A stretch of DNA of 58,030 bases from Hydrolagus affinis. Taxonomy: Eukaryota. Below are positions 52,501-58,030 of the stretch, in pieces; position 1 is the first letter of the stretch; every line of letters starts with the position of its first letter. Both the position numbers and the translations under genes were made by a program. The stretch covers positions 1-58,030 of the forward strand of contig JAAILG010002096.1 in NCBI GenBank assembly GCA_012026655.1, given 5' to 3'. The notes below the pieces were generated by a model, which ran no database searches, was not told the DNA's origin, and was given only the letters and a program-made list of their open reading frames with translations.

Positions 52501-53235
52501 CATATTGTAATGGGAAACAGCTAGGTCAAGCACAGCACTTAAGTAGTACAACTACTGATCTATTACTGAATTAGCAATGAGTCTGAACCCATTTCATTTT
52601 ATTTTCCTCCTTCTAACAGATGACCCTCGCAAGACTGCCAAATCTTACCCTCTAGGAGAAGCCTCAGTGCAAATGTTAGTCAAGACTGCTATGTGAACTC
52701 AGGCCTTCTATTCAGTTCAATGCTCTAATATTTTAGCCGTTGGGCTAGCAGTTATTTGAGTAAAATAAACAATGTTCACATCAAACTGCAAGAACTCCAT
52801 TAAAAGGCTCCTTTAACAGACATTTTTCATTTATGTTTAGCTGAAATATTTAAATACAGAGTTAACTGCAGAGCAAATCTAACAAAAATTTTAAAATTTT
52901 CTTTGAAATTTTTTTAATGCATTATGATTATTTGTGAATTTGTGATTATTTGCAGTCAAAAAAATCTGACTGCAAATTTATACTCTACTAGTTGAACTCT
53001 ACTGGATTGTACTTAACAAAATAAAATAATCAGCAACGGCAAAGATAATAATTATAATACTAGCTATAGAGAATCATAAAACCCAAATTATTTACCTCAT
53101 GCCTATGAACGTAATAGAAATTACCAACCGCAGCAAATAATTTCTAATGAGCGTTCTTTTCCAAAGGTTACATTGAACACCAAGTCCTTCTGTTCATTCA
53201 GGTGCAGAGTACAGCTTAACAAAAAGCTGCATTCA

Positions 53236-53259
53236 GGATAGGATAGGATAGGATAGGAT
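53236..53259. repeat. (GGATA)n microsatellite
   Basis: About five tandem units. Confidence 0.9.
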
Positions 53260-53368
53260 GCGGTTCATATACCGGTAGGTTGATTAGGAAATTCTGTCAG
53301 TTTTACAATACTTTGCACAAACATGAGGTGGCACAAGAGAGTTGCTTCTTGAAAACAAGATAATTCAA

Positions 53369-53387
53369 GAGCCACTAGAGGGCACAT
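53369..53387 (+). promoter_or_regulatory. CTCF core motif match
   Basis: GCCACTAGAGGGCAC matches the CTCF core CCA(C/G)(C/T)AG(A/G)(G/T)GGC(A/G)C; motif match only. Confidence 0.5.
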
Positions 53388-53924
53388 TGTCGTAAGCAAG
53401 CAGACACTTTTCAGCTTCCCAAACACCAATAGAGAAATTCCACTTGGCTCTAGATTTACTCTTGTTAGTATTTCAAAGCGTCCGGAATTTAGCAAATGGA
53501 TGAAATCAGTCTTAACTTCGAAGCTACAGTTCAGAAATTCAGAACGCATTCACCAAGTCCAGTGTTTGGAAATTGTAACAGATCAGGAATCAAGGGATAC
53601 TTAGTATTTGGGAAACTGTAAACTTTTTATTTCCAATCCGTTTGATCTTGCTATCAGAAATATAAAATTGCTAAAACAACATAGTACGTAAGGTGTAATA
53701 ATTAATCTCCATCTCCTCACTTGTCAATGTAAATTATCTACTTGTGTCAAAGTGCACTGGACTGACCCTCTCTCCTGCAACAATGGACAACTATTGTAAC
53801 TGGGAATTTGAACTGTACTTTTAACACCCTGCTGTCCAGGATCAGTAAACATAGGAAAGAGTCAAACTCCCTCTCCTGGCACCAACATGTACCCTGATAA
53901 AGTACTGTACCTCTTGCCATTACA

Positions 53925-54154
53925 AGGCAAGTTTACTTAGTCCACACGCCTAATAATAATCCCTAAAAAAAAAAAAAAAAATTGTCATTTCAATCTACGA
54001 CTGTTTGTGGAAGACTGACGTGTGCAATTGGCTGCCACGTTTCGGCCACAAGTATACAGTTAATTCACTTTAAAGTATATTCTGTGAAGTGTTTTGATAC
54101 TTCTAGAAGACGTGAAAAGCGCTGTATCAAATGCAAGGAGTATTATTATTATTA
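53925..54154 (+). mobile_element. Young SINE lacking most of the head
   Basis: ggcaagttt...tccacacgcctaataataatccc...atcaaatgcaaggagtattattatt. Confidence 0.88.
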
Positions 54155-55767
54155 CAGGATCACTACCCAAACCATATTTGTGCTATCTGGGTGAAACTAC
54201 CTAGTCAATGCTGAATTGTGAGGTATTGCAAATTGGTTCACACTGATAAAGACCTGCACATACCCAATAGCTTCTGCATCTGAAAATTTACCAGAGAGAA
54301 AAGGTTCTCTCTTCCCATTAATTTTGGCTAAATTAATTCCTGGATGGTGTAAAAGGTGTTTACATTCTGTATCACCTGCCAGTTCAATCAAGTTAATTTT
54401 CACATACCAAAACATCAAAACTCTGTAACATTGACAGTTCTGTGAAGTGTCAGGAATTCTAGGAACAAAAATATCTAATCATTTGCTGTGTTTGCTTGTT
54501 ATGTAGATCAAAATTAGCCTTTTGTTTCACTTTAAAAAGCTTAATGGCACAGCCATTAAAAAGCTTAAATTGGACAGCAGAATTAGCATAGAATACCATT
54601 AGCCTGGTTATAGGGAAATTGTTGCTTAGGTGCTAACAACAACAACAATATTACATTGTATTGTGCCTTTGACGGCAGGAGGACGTCCCAATTCTACAAT
54701 AATGATGAATCAGACTGTTTGAAAATCCTGTTAAAAATGAAAATAATACCCACACTCCAAAGAGAAACTCCTATGTTACATCGGTTTATCATTTTAGTTC
54801 AAAGTGCTACAGTATTCAACTGAAGTCACAGCTTATCACCCAAGCTCAATCACCAAGCATATGTACATACAGGAAAAGAGGAGCTTTTACCATTGCTAGC
54901 TCAGTACTAATCTTTTGCACTGGAACTCCCGACAACAATCTCCTGTTAATTCATATTAAGCCTGCAAGACAAAATACTCAAAGGTAGGGTGCTCCTAGCT
55001 GGACAAGCAATGGGAAATCTAGCCAGTCCAGGCTTTCAATAGCAAGCTATGTGCGTTCAGCTGGTTAGACTCCATAATTTCATGACATTCTAACAAAATA
55101 CATTTTTTATAACCTTAGAATAACAACATTCTTTCCTTTGCATATCTTTTGAAACATTAGACAATGAGATTTCTCTAATTATCCGCTATACAAATATAAT
55201 TTCCTGTTCCTGTAATTATATAACCTCATTATTTCACATATCAACTAGCAATAGTAGAATAAGGAGCTATAAATATAACTTTTAACTAATTTGGTAAAGG
55301 TTTAAAATGTAAATTTTATCAGTCAAGTTTAACAATGTGTACCATTTGTGTACTATTTTTCAGTCATAGTATTTAATATTCCTATAACTTCACATGGTTC
55401 ATCATGTAACCATGGAGTGGTGCCAAATACAAGGTCCACAGCCTCTGAACGGCTAATCTACTTTACCTTTGTTCCACGGACCATAATATTCTATGTGAGT
55501 TGTTTGCACTACAAAATCATAAAAACGAACGTATTTAATTGTTGACTGACCAAGTAATTATAATTGTAATGTTAGCTTGCATTTATCAATTTATACACTT
55601 CACATCACTCAATCTCACATGATTGGCGATGTTTTGCAAAAAAAACTAGCTACTTATGGACAGCCGAAAGCCTGAAAATTGTAATGTTCACAATTAATAT
55701 ATTGCCTCGATTAACAATGATAAACCATGGATAATGTCAACAATTTGTGTAATAACATTAATATAGT

Positions 55768-56090
55768 ATCAGCTTGGCTGAAACCATAATTTGGGGGTCA
55801 GTAGGTTTGGGTTAATGCCCCTTTTTGGAGTTAAACTAAATATTTAGGCTTTTGTGCCAGTGTGGCCCGATGGGAGTGCAGTATTGTCAGGTGTTTCTAT
55901 TAGGGTGTTGAACAGAAATCCTGTCTGTATATACATTACACTGTTCAAAAAGAGAACAGTTTCTCCCAAAATCAATGCCCCCAGATACAGACCTCATCCA
56001 CGTCATGCCTGTTTGTGAGACTTTGCTGTTTATAAATTAGTTGTCACATTTGCCTACATTTAGTCATGGGCAAGTAACTGTAAACATCTG
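55768..56090 (+). mobile_element. Degraded SacSINE1-like SINE
   Basis: tcagcttggct...gtcagtaggtttgggtt...gggagtgcagtattgtcagg...tgtttgtgagactttgctg. Confidence 0.6.
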
Positions 56091-56152
56091 TGCAAAATAC
56101 AGATGATCTATTAACAGATGGGGAGATATTTCTGACTAGAGCCCCAGAAATC

Positions 56153-56252
56153 AGAATGCTCCTGGTCGACAGGGTGGGGTAGGACTGACTCGGGCTGCCT
56201 GGGCCACTCGGCCAAGAATGCTCCTGGTCGACAGGGGGGGGTAGGACTGTCT
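56153..56252. repeat. GC-rich 62-bp-period tandem repeat
   Basis: agaatgctcctggtcgacagggtggggtaggactgact (56153-56190) recurs at 56215-56252 (36/38). Confidence 0.9.
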
Positions 56253-57459
56253 GAAGTCCACCCAGTGGAATTTCAGACTTCCATAATAAAAGGATTTTTA
56301 ACTCTAACCCTGTTGCCAACTAGCTGCTGCTGCTGAAACTACTACTAATAATACTAATAATACTAATTAATACTACTAATAATGATCCTTGCGTTTGATA
56401 CAGCGCCTCAACACGTCTTTGAGACAGGCTTCGGGGGCTGTAAAGTGTAAAGTGAAACAGGACAGGCTAGACTGTGCCAACGTTTACATCCCACAAGCCT
56501 CACCCACCCTCACCCCACACACCACCTATCCACCCACCCACCACAATTCCACTCTATTCCCTCCTTCCCTCTCTCCCTGATCTGTTGGTTCATCAAAGCT
56601 TTGCAGCTAATGCTTTAGAAATCCACAAATCAGTTAGGACGGCACAATTTCTTTGGGTAATGAACTTGAACTGCTCCGGAACTGCAAACACTTTGCATTT
56701 ATTTAATTAGTTAAAACTCAGACAGAAATGTGCAGTAAAGATAAGTGTGTGGGTGTTACAGTACACATGGACATACACTTGAAATATCTATCCTGTCCTT
56801 GAAGAGGCATATTCTTCCCATTTCGAATTGCAGTGTCTTTTCTCACACTCCGTGCCAGCTTATTCGGTCCCATTCCATATTTGAAATCTCTTTGTGTTGC
56901 CTTTTCATCCTTCTGATTCAAGGCTACAGTTTTTGGAATGTTCAGATGTATATGCCGCTAATTTTAGTTACAATAGATTTAAATACAATACATGTAAATA
57001 CTTTAAAGCAGTGAGAATAAACTAATTGTACTGTATTATTGGCTCATGCTTGCCATGGATAATAGGGCATGGCCCAAGTGTGACCTAAAATTTGGATGTG
57101 ATTTCAGTAAATTGGATCTGCTCCCATCCGGCAGTAATTGTCTTAATTAGTGTTTTTAACCCACCAGCATAACATATTTCATGTTGTGTTAAATTTGCAA
57201 TGAAATATACAAACTGGCATTAATACTGCCAAAAGCAGCATTAGCATCTGGACTGCCATTTAGTACATGGTTGTAAGTTGACATGTAAATTCTCAACGGT
57301 CCAAATAGATCCCATAGGTTTTCTTAAAAATAAATGATTGGATTTGCAAAGTAAAAGCTCAAAAGATTTACACTGAGCACAATGGATATTGCAGGAGCAG
57401 TTATCAGGCAGTATTAATGATATCTAAGAAGGTCCATAGATTTTTTTTGTAACTTGACT

Positions 57460-57680
57460 TCAATCAATCAATCAATCAAAACTTACATATAGTGCCTTTC
57501 ATGTCGAGAGGACATCCCAAGAATCTGTACAGTCAGGTAGGGACAAGAGCAGGGGGGGAGGGGTCCGGGCAGGGGTCGGGGCAGAGTGAAGGCGAGTAGG
57601 AGAATTGACTGTATATTTGTGGGCGAAACGCGGCAGCCAAATTGCGCACAGCAGTGTCCCACAAACAGCCGTGGAAGTGG
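57460..57680 (-). mobile_element. SINE body (57601-57680) fused to an L2 3' UTR/tail with a (TTGA)n end (57460-57600)
   Basis: Minus strand: ...gcccacaaatatacagtcaattc|C-rich UTR...ttgggatgtcctctcgacatgaaaggcactatatgtaagtt(ttga)n. Confidence 0.75.
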
Positions 57681-57883
57681 GGTTACTGTATGTTTGCAAG
57701 TTCTACTTGTTGTGGGAGGTATATATTGTAAATTCATAAAGGATTCATACATTTATGATTTTTGTCAGCAGAATATACCACGACCATACATTAAAATGCT
57801 GCAATATGATGAAGAGCTTTTTAGTTGGGCAAATGTTACATTTTGTCCACCATAATTATTGTATGATGTATTAACCATATGTC

Positions 57884-58030
57884 AACATCCCGTTTATATC
57901 TAAGGTCCTTGAGAGAGCGGTTGCCTCCCAGCTCCGCTCTTTCCTTTCAACCCACTCACTCCTTGAACCCCTCCAATCAGGTTTTCGCCCAATCCACAGC
58001 ACAGAAACTGCCCTGGTTAAGGTTACAAAT
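57884..58030 (+). mobile_element. L2 LINE reverse transcriptase segment (5'-truncated, runs off the window)
   Basis: Open frame [49 protein letters not shown], a typical L2 RT N-terminal region. Confidence 0.93.

Overview
AT-rich vertebrate genomic DNA, almost entirely intronic or intergenic, with one 100-N assembly gap (40501-40600). The repeat content (SacSINE1-like Deu-domain SINEs, a younger tRNA-headed SINE ending in ...aatgcaaggatt(att)n, CR1 and L2 LINE fragments) points to a cartilaginous fish, possibly a holocephalan; this is inference. No complete gene is visible. The best coding candidate is one 240-nt phase-1 minus-strand exon (6203-6442) of a protein I cannot identify. Most ORFs in the supplied track are spurious or repeat-derived. 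The notable structures are all mobile-DNA architecture: a diverged head-to-tail dimer of a ~1-1.3 kb unit, each copy with a polypurine-tract/TG...CA LTR-like module (33180-35770); a foldback element carrying (TTAGGG)n (26236-26510); a ~800 bp segment bounded by 38-bp inverted repeats (7381-8176); hAT and Tc1/mariner-type MITEs with target-site duplications; and several nested insertions. I see no firm evidence of a novel biological system. The findings are hypotheses to test.
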